Shown here: in pieces, positions 24,348-36,900 of the stretch
Numbering within the stretch: the stretch's first letter is position 1
How the letters are laid out: every line of letters begins with the position of its first letter
NCBI RefSeq assembly: GCF_006345805.1
Contig: NC_042999.1
Location: 54,684,001 to 54,748,000 of the forward strand
Source: Octopus sinensis
Taxonomy: Eukaryota
DNA: 64,000 nt
Reading direction: 5' to 3'
Translations under genes and position numbers: made by a program
The notes under the pieces: model-generated
Databases searched by the model: none
Told to the model about the DNA's origin: nothing
Seen by the model: only the letters and a program-made list of their open reading frames with translations

Positions 24348-24799
24348 CTCAAGAGACTTCCTCGTAAGCATCGTGGCGGCGGCGGCGGCAGTATTTTCTG
24401 TAAAGCACCAGAACTGTACCGGAGTAGTTAAAGTCCAGAAGCAGGCCTACAACAAACGTACTCCTTAATGCTACCAATTCTATCTGCACGAATCAATCAG
24501 AGTATCTCTATGTGCTCTCTCTATCTGCACGAAATAACAATCAAATTCCGTCAGGATATATACTCTGTCATCATTACAAAGAAGGCCACACTGAAGTGTG
24601 TTATTGTTGATATTAAGACGAGAAGGCCAAGACTGGAATGGCTTTCCCTATATGTCAGCTCGGTCCTCAACTACACAGCAACGGACATGTTTGAAAATTA
24701 CACACTTATGCATACTTACATATAAACGCACACACGTGTGTGTATCAGGCCATCTTGCAATATGTGAAAATGCTAACATTCTCTTCTGCTTTATCTCTT

Positions 24800-25326
24800 C
24801 TCTCAACTGCCGATATTACTCACAAACCAATCCTCATTCGATGGAGGCAGATAATCAACAAGGCGGAGGCAAGGGAATGGTGTGGTGTGGGATTTGGCAC
24901 AATTGGACTATTTTATTTTGAGGGCTCTGTGACAGGTGATTCGTATCTGGACATGCTCGGCAATAAGATGATGCCTCACGTGCATTCACTTTGAAGGAGA
25001 AATCCTGTCTGGTTTCAGCAGGACGGGGTTCCGCTCCATTATACATTACAGGTTCGTGATTTTCTGAATGAACATTTTCCAGGGAGATGGCTCGGGTGTC
25101 GCGGGTCAATTGAATGGGCACCACAGTTACCAGATTTAATTTCCGTCTGGGGTTACATTTAAGGCATTCTGAAAAGATTCATGACCAAGGACATCTTCAA
25201 AGAATTGTTGAACCGTGTGAACAAATCAAGGGCAATGAAGAGCTATTTGAGAGGGTCCATAGCAGTTTCAAGTTCCGTATGAACACTTGTTTAGAGCGAC
25301 ATGGCCAACACGTTGAACATTTGTAA
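24800..25326 (+). pseudogene. Fossil Tc1/mariner transposase, DD41D (rosa/Visitor) type, C-terminal half
   Basis: NCRYYSQTNPH..MVWCGIW..YFEGSVTGDSYLDML..WFQQDGVPLHYTLQVRDFLNEHFPGRWLGCRGSIEWAPQLPDL..VWGYI..CLERHGQHVEHL*; stops, frameshifts and deletion of the third Asp. Confidence 0.88.
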
Positions 25327-25388
25327 TGGATTGCCTACTTCATTGCTAATAAAGCATACTTGACTTTGTAGCCACCATAAATAAATAA

Positions 25389-25449
<61 letters not shown>

Positions 25450-25806
25450 GCACACACATATGTATATATCGTTTCCCACGCACTTATAGAAAATATGTAT
25501 TTGAGAAAACCAAAAGATTTTTTTTGTCCAGTTCGACAAAAAAAGTTGTCTTTCTTTCTCCACACAAAGAACCGTAGTTCATTTGAAGTGCTGCTGATTG
25601 AAAATGTGTAATATAATCACTCAGTCATTTATAGCTGCTTCTTGTAGTAGAATGCTTTACGTATGTAGTATTTTCCATTCGTCTAGTCATTTGTGTGAGG
25701 GCGTGTGGCCGAGTGGTTTGAGTGTTCGGCGCACATTCACACGGTCGTGGGATCGATTCCTAAAAAAGTCAAGTCATTTCGTTTCACATCGTTCCAGTTT
25801 ATATAC

Positions 25807-25842
<36 letters not shown>

Positions 25843-26770
25843 TGTCTGTACTTACTTACCTACATTCATATTTAAATACGTAACCGCTTTTATATATTTT
25901 TAGAAGACGCTTATAGTTCCAGAAAACTCAAACGAGAAGCTGTGACATTAATTCATCTTCAGTAATCTTCGACAATTTAACTAAATCTCTTTCAGCTGTC
26001 GGACACCAGTTCCACCCACCCACCCACTCACTCACACAAACGCACATATACGGACACATACACGCAAATATACATATATTTACATACAACTATAAGTACC
26101 TTATACATATGTATAAAAAACCCTCCTTTGATTTGTCAAACACACTTGAACAGCCTCTGTCGCCTCGCCCCATGGCGCTACCATTTCTACCACAATCCCA
26201 ATATATCCGGTTTGTTTCCACATTTTAGAATGTCATATGTTATTACTTTGAATATTTTTCTTCCCACTCAGCCCCTGTATGGTGGGGTGGGATTGTTTTA
26301 TTAGGGAAGGAGGGGGGCAAGGGAATGAAGCGGATGAAGGGACAATATCCCCGCATACCTTAATTGTCTATATCCTTAATTTAGTTTTCGTTAGATTTCA
26401 AATAATAAAAGTCCTCCTCGCTGCAATCACAAACTTCTAGAAAGAACAAACGGAGGAACTGTACGAGAGGAAGAAATTCTCGAGCGATTCTGTGAGAAAC
26501 ATGGTAAGGGATGCCATGGGGAACTCGTGTATTTTTGGCACACATACATATAAATTGAAACCATAAACACACCCGCATCTATACACACACTTGTATACAC
26601 ACGCACACATAATCCCATTTTACAAGGCTTTTTGTCGTTCATCTTGTCTACTTGCTTTCTTTGTGGGTATAACTTCGTTGTGAATCATTTTAGCTTCAGT
26701 TAAAATTCTAAATTTGAAAAGTTAACCAAAATCCCCCCCCCCACAACGAAACTGAGCCGTTTGTCTTAAA

Positions 26771-27030
26771 TGTTCCATGCTTCAGCTACTTAAGAGTTGC
26801 TGAAGCATGGAACAGACTGTCGGCATCAGTTGTTAGTTGTCGGAGCACTGCATCCTTCAAAACTTCCATGCTTCCTGAGATTCGCCAACACTACACCTGA
26901 TTTTCTCCTCTCCATACACACGCAAGCATGTATCTGACTCACACACTGTACATTACTGCATATACTTTATATGCACTTTTGACAAGTTGTGGTGCACCTG
27001 AGTACTGTATACAATAATTTCATTATTATT
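26771..27030 (+). mobile_element. CR1-type LINE 3' end with 5' fold-back
   Basis: RVAEAWNRLSASVVSCRSTASFKTSML matches the WN.LP..VV...S...FK motif; (ATT) tail; 16-bp inverted arms at 26771-26786 and 26799-26814. Confidence 0.8.
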
Positions 27031-27156
27031 AAATATCTGTCTAAAATCACCACCGATTGCGATCAGTCTCATTCGAAATTTGGGCAATCGATCAACAACT
27101 TGTTAGTCTCAAAATGTTCAATAATCCGACGGAGGACTACGCTCTTTCCACCCTCA

Positions 27157-27219
<63 letters not shown>

Positions 27220-28400
27220 ACACGAGTCTGTGTGCGTGTGTGTATATACATATAGTTTTATTCCCTTTGCTATTAAACAAAGAAGAGCAGATTTGCGACA
27301 CTTCCTGTCACACTGCCAACAACAGGTTGTGTTCTCCCAATTCTTCAAACATGAAAATCTTCGTTATATTTTGGAGTATTTTCTATTTCTGTTATCGCAT
27401 CCAGCACCAATTCTCATTAAGAGCATGGCTTTCATGTTCAGCCCGAATAAAACAATGAGTTTAATTCCTGGCAACCTCAGATTCTTTCTTATATTCCACA
27501 AAGTAAGAATGAGTTTGATCTAGAGTTAAGGGTCTTATCTAAGATCACAACGCAGTGTTTTCTGATGGATACGATCTCATAATGCTTGGTTTTCTTAATT
27601 AAAATCCGTAACTAAATTTCCCCTCAATTATGCTTGTGGAAACAAAATATCCACCCATCTCTACTGTATGATTTTTAAATGCTAGATAACTGTAGAGATT
27701 TTTTAGATCTTTTCTTAAACTAAAAACGAAATAGATAATTTGAAATGCTCACTTTTTTTCTTTCTTTTTTTTTTGTAATCAGGCAATTAACGTTCAATGT
27801 GTAAGAAAGAGGTTGATGAGTTTGTTGTTGCTAATTGTTAAATAATTAAAATGGAAAATAATTGGTAGATTTGTAAATATTATAATGTGATGGAAATATG
27901 TGCGATAATTTCTGTAACAGGTAAGGCCAATTACGTAATTAAAAAGTTTAAAGTTCGCGCCCACCACGCAGCATCCGGAGAGGATATCTTTTACAATAGT
28001 TTCGGGTTCACCAAAGCCTCGTGGATAACATTTTATAGAGAAACGATGTATGGATACCCGTCAGTGATAGAACTGGTGCTGTCGGATAGTAATCTTCATC
28101 CGTCGCCTGATTGAATAACACAACCAGGCTTCTTGTATAAAGAAAACTTTCTCCTGTCAGCATCGAAGGCTCTGAAAGAAGGATAAACGTGCTGTCGTTT
28201 CTCATCTCAATAATCTATGGAAATGACACAATTAATGAAACCTCAGACATACCACCACATGTAGGACTGTGAGTTAATAATGATAGAAAAACGTGGAGAA
28301 ATTTGAGTGAATGACGCAGACATGTAGGACTGTAGGTGAGTCATATATTTCAGCTTATAAACTGCCACCATCTTGCCGCCTTTTCAGATATGTGTATAAC

Positions 28401-28452
<52 letters not shown>

Positions 28453-29431
28453 AAAGTGAGCTAGGGGTTATGAGTGTAACCCACTATGGGATATCATTTA
28501 TCCAATATACTGCCAGTAAAGTACCCAGAAGGCTAATACATAAATGCTAAGAATTGCAATGCAATTAATTCATTTATTGTATTATATGGGCGAAGGTAAA
28601 ATGTTTTACCTCAAATTCATAATACAAAATAAGAAAATGGAGGAATAGATTTCTTTCAATCATCAACTTCCAGATAATACCAATTCATATAATTTATTAA
28701 TTAATTATTTAGATTAAATAGGAACATCCAAACCCAACAGAATAAGACAGAATAAAACAATATACATCAATAAGTAAGATAATACCATAAGAAAAATACA
28801 TATAAATGGATCTTACAGCTGTTTCAGCCTGTAGATAAGAGTATCTCATTATGCCCATATTAGTCAGATGTATTGAGGTAGGCAGATAAAAAAAAACTGG
28901 GGAAAAACAACCAAAGTCAATTAGGCGTACGCAGAGAATATATATTTGGTTGAGGCTCAGTGTAAAGTTTTAGATGGTAAAATAAGAGCGGAAATGACGC
29001 TTCGAGCATGGATCTTCGTCCAGAGAGGAGAAGGAAGGAGCAGATAATCCAGGGAAAGCATATATTATGAGTGTGGCGGGGTATATCCGTACGTGTGTCT
29101 ATGTAAATATGTATTATACAGACAGCTGGACGCCTCTGTGGTTTATTAAACGTTCTAGAAATAACATCCAAATCATCCTCATATAGGCTACCGTCTTAAA
29201 AGAATAACATTATATAATGTAGTCCTAGCTACACTACGCCTGGAAATAAAGTCGGCGGTGGTCATAGCTGGAATGCCATTGATTGTAGAGCTTCTGGATG
29301 AGCGCTGACCTGGGGCTAAACGGCATCAATCACCAAAGAGGACTCGGTGCTTGTTCGGTAATCAAAGAGTCATATTGTGTATGTGTGTGTGTGTGTGTTA
29401 TAAGAGTTGTTTCCTGGTTATTGCAATTGTT

Positions 29432-29472
<41 letters not shown>

Positions 29473-29891
29473 ATCGCAATAGATGTAATCATTATGCCGT
29501 CCCCTACCCCCATCCACTTTCATATCACATCATGTTTTCTCTCAGTGCATTCATTTATGGTTTATCGCAATCTCCTCCTCCTGCTGTTGTTGTTGTTGTT
29601 TATTTACACCCATCCCATCTGACTTGTTGATGAAATACACTCTAACATATTCATTTTCAAGTTTCTCTTCCTGAAACGGTGACTTTCATTTTACAGCAAA
29701 GTTGTTGTTGCAATTATTATTTAAAGTGTCTAATTTCGTAATAACAACGTTGCTCTACTAAACTCGTGTCCTGTCATGAGGGAAAAGGTCTTGTTGATGA
29801 TACGCGTCGACATTATTATGCCTTCAAACACTCACACTTCCATCTATATACGAGACCAGTGTGTGTGCAACTTTATATATGTATATACATA

Positions 29892-30102
29892 GGCGGCGAG
29901 CTGGTAGAAACGTTAGCACGCCGGCGAAATTCGTAGAAGTATTTCGTCTGTCGTTACGTTCCGTGTTCAAATTCCGCCGAGGTCGACTTTGCCTTTCATC
30001 CTTTCGGGGTCCATAAATTAAGTACCAGTTACGCACTTAATCCCTTTGTCTGTCCTTGTTTGTCCCCTCTATGTTTAGCCCCTTGTGGGTAGTAAAGAAA
30101 TA
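29892..30102 (+). mobile_element. Family B SINE
   Basis: Head GGCGGCGAGCTGGTAGAAACGTTAGCACGCCGG, core and tail. Confidence 0.9.
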
Positions 30103-30111
30103 TATATACAG

Positions 30112-30520
30112 AGGCACAGGCGTTGCTGTGTGGTAAGAAGCTTGCTTACCAACCACATGGTCGCGGGTTCAGTCCCACTGCGTGGCACCTGGGGCAAGTG
30201 TCTTTTGCTATAGCCTCGGGCCGACCAAAGTCTCGTCAGTGGATTTGTTAGACGGAAACTAAAAGAAACTCGTCGTATATATTTTATATATATATGTATA
30301 TATTTGTGTGTCTGTGTTTGTCCCCCCCCCCATTCCCACCATCGCTTGACAACCGTTGTTTGTGTGTCAATTAGGCGTACGCAGAGACTTAGCGGTTCGT
30401 CAAAAACAACCAACGGAATAAGTACTAGGCTTACAAAGAATAAGTCCTGTAATCGATTTGTTCGACTAAAGGCAATGTTCCAGCATGGCCGCATTCAAAT
30501 AACTGAAACAAGTAAAATAA
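30112..30520 (+). mobile_element. Family A SINE carrying a 22-nt foreign insert
   Basis: Canonical body; 30366-30387 is identical to 28916-28937. Confidence 0.9.
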
Positions 30521-30661
30521 TATATAATGTGTGTGTGTGTGTATGATTTTATATACCTAAATTCGGGGTCGTTTAGTTGAAAAGTAACGAGCGTTCAACC
30601 GGAATTTGAGAGATACAGAGTTCGGTTCTCTGCAGTGGTTTTCTGGTCACTTTTCTTTATC

Positions 30662-30815
30662 GGCGCAGGTGTGGCTGTGTGACAAGAAGCTTGCTTCCCA
30701 ACCACATGACTTTGGGTTCAGTCCCATTGCATGACACCTTGGGCAAGTGTCTTCTTCTTGCTTCGGGCTGACTAAAGCCTTGTGAGTGGATTTGGCACGC
30801 GGAAACCAGAACCCC
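30662..30815 (+). mobile_element. Family A SINE 5' half
   Basis: Head and core present. Confidence 0.85.
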
Positions 30816-31079
30816 TTCGCGCGCGTGCGTGTGTGCTCGAATGCGCACTGCTGGTGTAGTGAATGGGGAAAGCTTGGTTTGCAATGTTTGCAGTCGTGTA
30901 TGTTTGTCAAGAGCAGGGCTCGTTAGCCACCAACATAGCCGCAAATGCAAAATATAAGTTAGTCCTAGAGCGCATAATGTTCCTGAAGGCCAGGGGCTAT
31001 TGCTGTGCGTAAAAGCCACATGCTTTAATGGAACTCTAAAGTATTACTATTTCAATAAGTATACGCATGCTTATATTGG

Positions 31080-31115
<36 letters not shown>

Positions 31116-31340
31116 ACACGCACGCACGCACGCACGCACGCACGCACACACGCGCACGCACACACGCGCGCGCACGCACACACGCGCACGCACACACGCG
31201 CACGCACACACGCGCACGCACACACGCGCACGCACACACGCGCACGCACACACGCGCACGCACACACGCGCACACACACACGCGCACGCACACACGCGCA
31301 CGCACACACGCGCACACACACACGCGCACGCACACACGCG

Positions 31341-31390
<50 letters not shown>
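31080..31390. repeat. (TA)n followed by a 14-bp tandem CACACGCGCACGCA and (CA)n
   Basis: Directly visible; essentially pure purine-pyrimidine alternation. Confidence 0.95.
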
Positions 31391-31393
<3 letters not shown>

Positions 31394-31399
31394 TATGTC

Positions 31400-31575
31400 C
31401 AAAAAGAACAACAAACACGAAAAAAATACAACAACGGGTGGACGTGATACATGTAAAGTATTAGCAGACGCTCAGGGAAGGAAAGAAAGATGGTTTTACG
31501 TTTCGGGCAGACGCTCTTCTTCGGAAACAAAGACAAGTCCAATAGAAGGGAAAACGGAGGAAGAAAATCGCCAGT
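31400..31575 (-). mobile_element. Penelope-type short repeat with near-canonical hammerhead
   Basis: Minus strand 31493-31528: GTTT-CCGAAGA-A-GAGC-GTCT-GCCC-GAAA-CG-TA-AAAC (U4C, one stem II mismatch). Confidence 0.62.
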
Positions 31576-31785
31576 GTGTGTGTGTGTGTGTCTTTGTGTC
31601 CCCCCACCACCACCAATTGACAGTCGGTGTTGATGGTTTTACATCCTCGTAAATTAGCGATTCGGTAAAAGAATAAGTACCATATCGATGGAATTAGTAC
31701 TGGGATCGGTGCATCGACTAAAATTCTTCAAGGCGGTGCCCCAGCATGGCTGCGGTCTGAATGGCTGAAACGAGTAAAAGACAAA
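31575..31785 (+). mobile_element. Family A SINE 3' half
   Basis: AAGGCGGTGCCCCAGCATGGCTGCGG..GCTGAAACGAGTAAAAG. Confidence 0.75.
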
Positions 31786-31805
31786 AATACAGAAAATGTA
31801 GCCGG

Positions 31806-32422
31806 AGATCTTTGTGGTTTTCGTTACTGTTTACAATTCTGTTCCAGTTGTATTCAAATTTGGTTTATGGATTAACTTTTGTAGACTAATTATGAAAATG
31901 AAATTAATTTTTCCTATAAATCCATAATTAAAATGTTATTAGCGTTTAAAATTTCCAAAATTTGGTTATTTTAGTCAATCAGAAGCGAGTATTTTAGACA
32001 TCATCGTGGCGAAGAAGTATGTTTCTATAGTAACCAAAGCAAAGAAGCACCACTTGCTCCATAGCTGATTGCGAAGAACTCTGTTTCCACAGTAACCAAA
32101 GATACTGCGCATGCGCACAAGGAGTGTAACTACCATTTGTTTCATAACAGATGGAACTCACACTCAACTATTTTAGTTTAATGTTTTGAAATGCCGATGC
32201 CCCGCATTCCCACCCGATGATGGAAGAGGTAGCTAACGTGCTGTTTTCTGATTGGCTGAAAATTTTGAACATTATCAAACCTTGAACACCCGTAACATTT
32301 TTGCTAAATTTTTCTGGAATAATTAACAAATTTGGATTTAGCTTCAAAAATTACATTTCTGTGATACATTAAACAATTTTTTTAAAGATTATTGTAAACA
32401 GTGACGAAGACCACAAAGAACT
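31806..32422. mobile_element. MITE with RGATCTTT termini and 8-bp TSD
   Basis: ~32 bp TIR AGATCTTTGTGGTTTTCGTTACTGTTTACAAT / ATTGTAAACAGTGACGAAGACCACAAAGAACT; TSD GTAGCCGG/GTAGTCGG. Confidence 0.85.
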
Positions 32423-32654
32423 GTAGTCGGTTTTAAAGCTTTATATAACGTACACGTGTTTCAGAAGACCGACAAACATTAAATCGATAAGCATAAAACT
32501 TCTATTATAAATGACGCCAGAACCATTTATCAACATCACTCGGGAAAATATACTTCAGCGCCCCCTTTTACAGAATCACTTTTTACAAACTACACTTCAT
32601 CCCCTCCTATGAAAACAAAAAAAAAAGCTACCGAATTATTTCAAACCGAAACTT

Positions 32655-32860
32655 ATTCTTTCATTTGTTTACTTCATTTGACTGCGACCTTGCTGGAGCA
32701 CCGCCTTTAGTCGAACGAATCAACCCCAAGTCTTATTCTTTGTAAGCCTAGTACTTATTCTATCGGACACTTTTGCCGAACCGCGAAGTTACAGGGACGT
32801 TAACACACCAACATCAGTTGACAAGCGATGGTGGGGGAGGGCAAACACGGACACACAAAA
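32655..32860 (-). mobile_element. Family A SINE 3' half
   Basis: Reverse complement of the family A tail. Confidence 0.85.
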
Positions 32861-32884
32861 TATCTATATCTAGCTTGACCGCTA

Positions 32885-33247
32885 AATCCACAAGTTGTTT
32901 ATATTCTCTCTCTGTTTATTTTCTCTTATTCCTTTCTCTTGAAGAGCATAGGCTCGAAACGTATAAGACTTCGTCACTTTTCCGAACGTCAAACTAATAC
33001 ACCTACTTGTTGATCATACGCCTGTTTTCGTCTTTTGTTTTTCTATAATTTTCAATTATATATATAGATCGTTAGCTCCTACACGCATTTTTTTTTCTCT
33101 CCTTGTTTTTTTTCTGTGTATTTTTCTGTCGAAGAGCGTAGGCTCGAAACATAAAAGACTTTTTCTATTCCTGAACGCTATACTAATACATTTGTTTGTT
33201 TGTATTCCACCTGCCTTCGTCTTTTGTTTATTTTCGTAAACTTTCCC

Positions 33248-33250
<3 letters not shown>
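32885..33250 (+). mobile_element. Two tandem diverged Penelope-type units, each with a degenerate hammerhead
   Basis: GAAGAGCATAGGCTCGAAACGTA at 32941 and GAAGAGCGTAGGCTCGAAACATA at 33131, spaced 190 bp, with homologous flanks. Confidence 0.65.
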
Positions 33251-33291
<41 letters not shown>

Positions 33292-34949
33292 AAATAAGCA
33301 ACAGGATATCAAGAAGTGATTCAGTACGACCGTTTCAAGCTGCTCCATTTAATTGAACAATGTAATCATTACATCAATTCAAATGCAGGGCTATTACCAG
33401 CTGCACAAATGAATAGAATTTTAACCAGTCGGACATAATAATATAATTTTACTCAAATACTTCAACAGAGCAAGAAGATGGAAGAAATCCATGTTGTTGC
33501 TATTGTAGCTAAGAATATACTACACTTCCAAGAAAGGCATGAAACTTATATACGACGGAATTTTTTTCAGTTTCAGTCTACCAAATCCACACACAAGGCT
33601 TTGGTCGGCATGAGGCTATAGTAGAAGGCACCTGCCCAAGGTGCCACACAGATATTTACGTGGGTTAAAGTGCTTCCTTACATTTAACTTTTATAGAAAG
33701 TAAAGAAGAAGATAAAGACTTATACAATGAAATTATCTTGGACCTTGGTACACCGTCAGTTTATGTTATTGCTTACTAATAACGCAATGTCCCATTTACA
33801 TTCTAGTCCCAAAACAGGCCTTTTTTAAGTGTGTTTAAATATAAATATTGCACAAAGAAGCACAACAGCCTCACTAAACAACCGGGGCCCCGCCTTAACA
33901 CTGCCTTGTAAGCTTACAGCAGCCCCCAAAGATATGTTCTCGCTCAGGTTAAAAAATACTGTTTTCAAGTTATGAAGCATGCGACTTGTTGTTAACCACA
34001 AACCTAGGTACTCTCTTATCTTCAGAATACACTATTAACTAGTACTCTCTTCTCCTCGCATCTCGGATTTAGTACTCCCTTCTCCTCACAGTAAACTAAT
34101 AGTACTCCTTTCTTCTATAGCACACCCAATGTTAATATTCCCTTCACCCGAAACTTTCTACTATATTAATATACTCTGAAACTCTAGTTATTGTTGACTG
34201 TGTTAGATTAAAAATTACTGTTAAAAATTTCTAATTATTTATGGATGGCAGCTGGTCTGATGGGAAAGGCGGTGAGTGTTTCATCTTGTCTGGGCAGCTC
34301 TTTCTACATTATGGATTCAAAACGTTTAAAGTCAGGTAACTGAAAACACACCTGGTTTTGGGGTGGCCACACCTGCTTTTTAGGTGCCCCCACCTGCTTT
34401 TTGAGCGTCTTTATATATTTTGAGGTCACAAATCATTAACAATAACGTCGCTTGTTTCAGCTTTCCATCAAACCAGAAGCTCTAAGAAACGCACTTCAAA
34501 TACTGTTTCTGGGAGCTTCCGTATAACTTGGGGAAGAACAAATATCACAGCGTATCCTGTTGGAAAAAATCACCTGGGTGTTAGTTCTCCCGCCAATGTT
34601 TACATGCTTCGCCATAACATAACAGAATAATTTCCGTCTACCAAGTTTCACTCACAAGATATTGGTCAAACCGAAGCTTTGGATGAAAGAGGTGCATAAG
34701 GTGCCGCAGAATGAGACAGAACACTGGGCCAGGTGGTCAGGTACGCACTTGTTAACCACACAATTGCCCGTGTATCTTTGGTAGGGTTCACTCTGTTGCT
34801 AACACTGGAACTAGACCTCCGAGCTCCTCATGCAGACGTTTAGGGGTCTGAGTTACTTTAATCAGACCCACCAATCGATTGGGAGGGGATGACATCTGCA
34901 AATGTGATGGAATCTTTCCTCCATCTGTAATTAACTTTGAAAATGAAAC

Positions 34950-35240
34950 TGGCATTCCGTCGGTTGCGACGACGAGGGTTCCAGTTGATCCGATCAACGG
35001 AACAACCTGCTCATGAAATCAACGTGCAAGTGGCTGAGTACTCCACAGACACGTGTACCCTCAACGTAGTTCTCAGAGAGATCCAGAGTGACGCAGGATG
35101 TGGCAAGGCTGTCCTCTTTTGAATTATAGATACAACTCATTTTTGTCAGCTGAGTAGACTGGAGGAACTCAAGGAGCAACGCACTGCCGAGAATCGAACT
35201 CATGACCTTACGATCGTAAGCCGAATGCCCTGACCACTAA
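34950..35240 (-). mobile_element. Family C SINE
   Basis: TGGCATTCCGTCGGTTGCGACGACGAGG..AACGTGCAAGTGGCTGAG..GAATCGAACTC. Confidence 0.85.
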
Positions 35241-35287
35241 AGCTATTGAATCTAAACTACTGATCAATATGCTCTAATAGTGAGAGT

Positions 35288-35480
35288 GGAGGTGCGTGGC
35301 TTAGTGGTTAGGGTGTCGGACTCATGATCCTAAGACTGATTTCTTGAACAAAACACTTCATTTCACGCTGCTCTCGTCCACTCAGCTGGCAAAAACGAGT
35401 CAACCTGCGACGGACTAGCGTCCCATCCAGGTGGGGAATCTATACGCCATTGAAACCAGGAAAGTGGCCCTCATAAGCCT
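35288..35480 (+). mobile_element. Family C SINE, short-tail variant like 6005-6222
   Basis: GTGGCTTAGTGGTTAGGGTGTC head; TTCTTGAACAAAACACTTCATTTCACG. Confidence 0.8.
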
Positions 35481-35915
35481 GCCTCGCGAAGGAAGCATTT
35501 GTTTATTTATCGAATAGTGAGGCCATTTCTAAATATAGCTTTCGATCCTTTGAAACGTAATGGTTACAAGTAGTGAACAGATTTAATTTAATTCACTTTC
35601 ATTCACACTGATTTCTATGCAACACTCCGATAGTTACCCTGCATAATTAATGAGGTCGAATTTCATTTCTCGGTTAGATACCCTTCAGCAAATACTCCTT
35701 CAATCTAAGTTAATTCTCACTCAAGCTTATCGGATTAATTCAAACAATATCCTTCAATCCAGAATATAGAACGGGAGGAAATTCTTTACTCATTATACTT
35801 TAATATGTATAAAACGTGTATGAGTGGACGACATCTAAAGAAATGGTGCTTTAAACTTCGCTTAATATCCAAATGCAAAAAATAAAATGAACATGTTAAA
35901 AAATGTTTGATATAG

Positions 35916-36077
35916 GCGCAGGCATGGTTATGTGGTAAGAAACTTGCTTCTCAGCCACATGGTTCCGGGTTCAGTCCTACTGCGTGGCACTTTGGGCAAG
36001 TGTCTTCTACTATATCTCCGAGCCGACCAAAGCCTTGCGAGTGGATTTAGTAAGCGGGAACTGAAAGAATCCCGTAT

Positions 36078-36110
<33 letters not shown>

Positions 36111-36325
36111 TTGTCCCCCCCCACCTCGCTTGACAACCGCTGTTGGTGTGTTTACGTCACGGTGACTTAGCGGTTCGGCAAAAACAGACCGATAGAATAA
36201 GTATTAGGCTTAGAAAAAATGTCCTGGGGTCGATTTGTTCGACTAAAGGTGGTGCTCCAACATGGCCGCAGTCAAATGACTGAAACAAGTAAAATAAAAT
36301 AAAATAAATAAATAAATAAATAAAT
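35916..36325 (+). mobile_element. Family A SINE, full length
   Basis: Canonical body; (TAAA)n tail. Confidence 0.92.
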
Positions 36326-36524
36326 ATGAAAGCCAAACTCGATTAAGTTGTGTGTTTATAAATGAAATGTATGTGCATCCATACTTTTCAACAAAACCCA
36401 GATGTTTTCCATGAACAGCTGAGAAATATCAGAAAGGCTACGAAATTCTGTTTACAGAGAGAAAAACTCCCAACCAAGGTCATTATCATTCTTCACGTTA
36501 ATAAATGATTAAATATTCTGAATC

Positions 36525-36900
36525 CGAACCCGAAATTTTGGGGGAGAGGTCCAGTCGATTAGATCGATTCCGGTACGCAACTGGTATTTAATTTATCAAC
36601 CCCCGAAAGGATGAAAGGCAAAGTCGACCTCGGTGGAATTTGAACTCAGAACATAAAGGCAGACGAAATACCTATTTCTTTACTACCCACAAGGAGCTAA
36701 GCACAGAGGGGACAAACAAGGACAGACAAACGGATTAAGTCGATGATATCGACCCCAGTGCGTAATTGGTACTTATTTAATAGACTCCGAAAAGAGGAAA
36801 GGCAAAGTCGACCCCGGCGGAATTTGAACTCAGAACGTAATGGCAGACGAAATACCGCTAAGCATTTCGTCCGGCTAACCTTTCTGCCAGCTCGCCGCCT
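36525..36900 (-). mobile_element. Family B SINE dimer
   Basis: Two units joined at CAGACGAAATACCTATTTCTTT. Confidence 0.9.
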
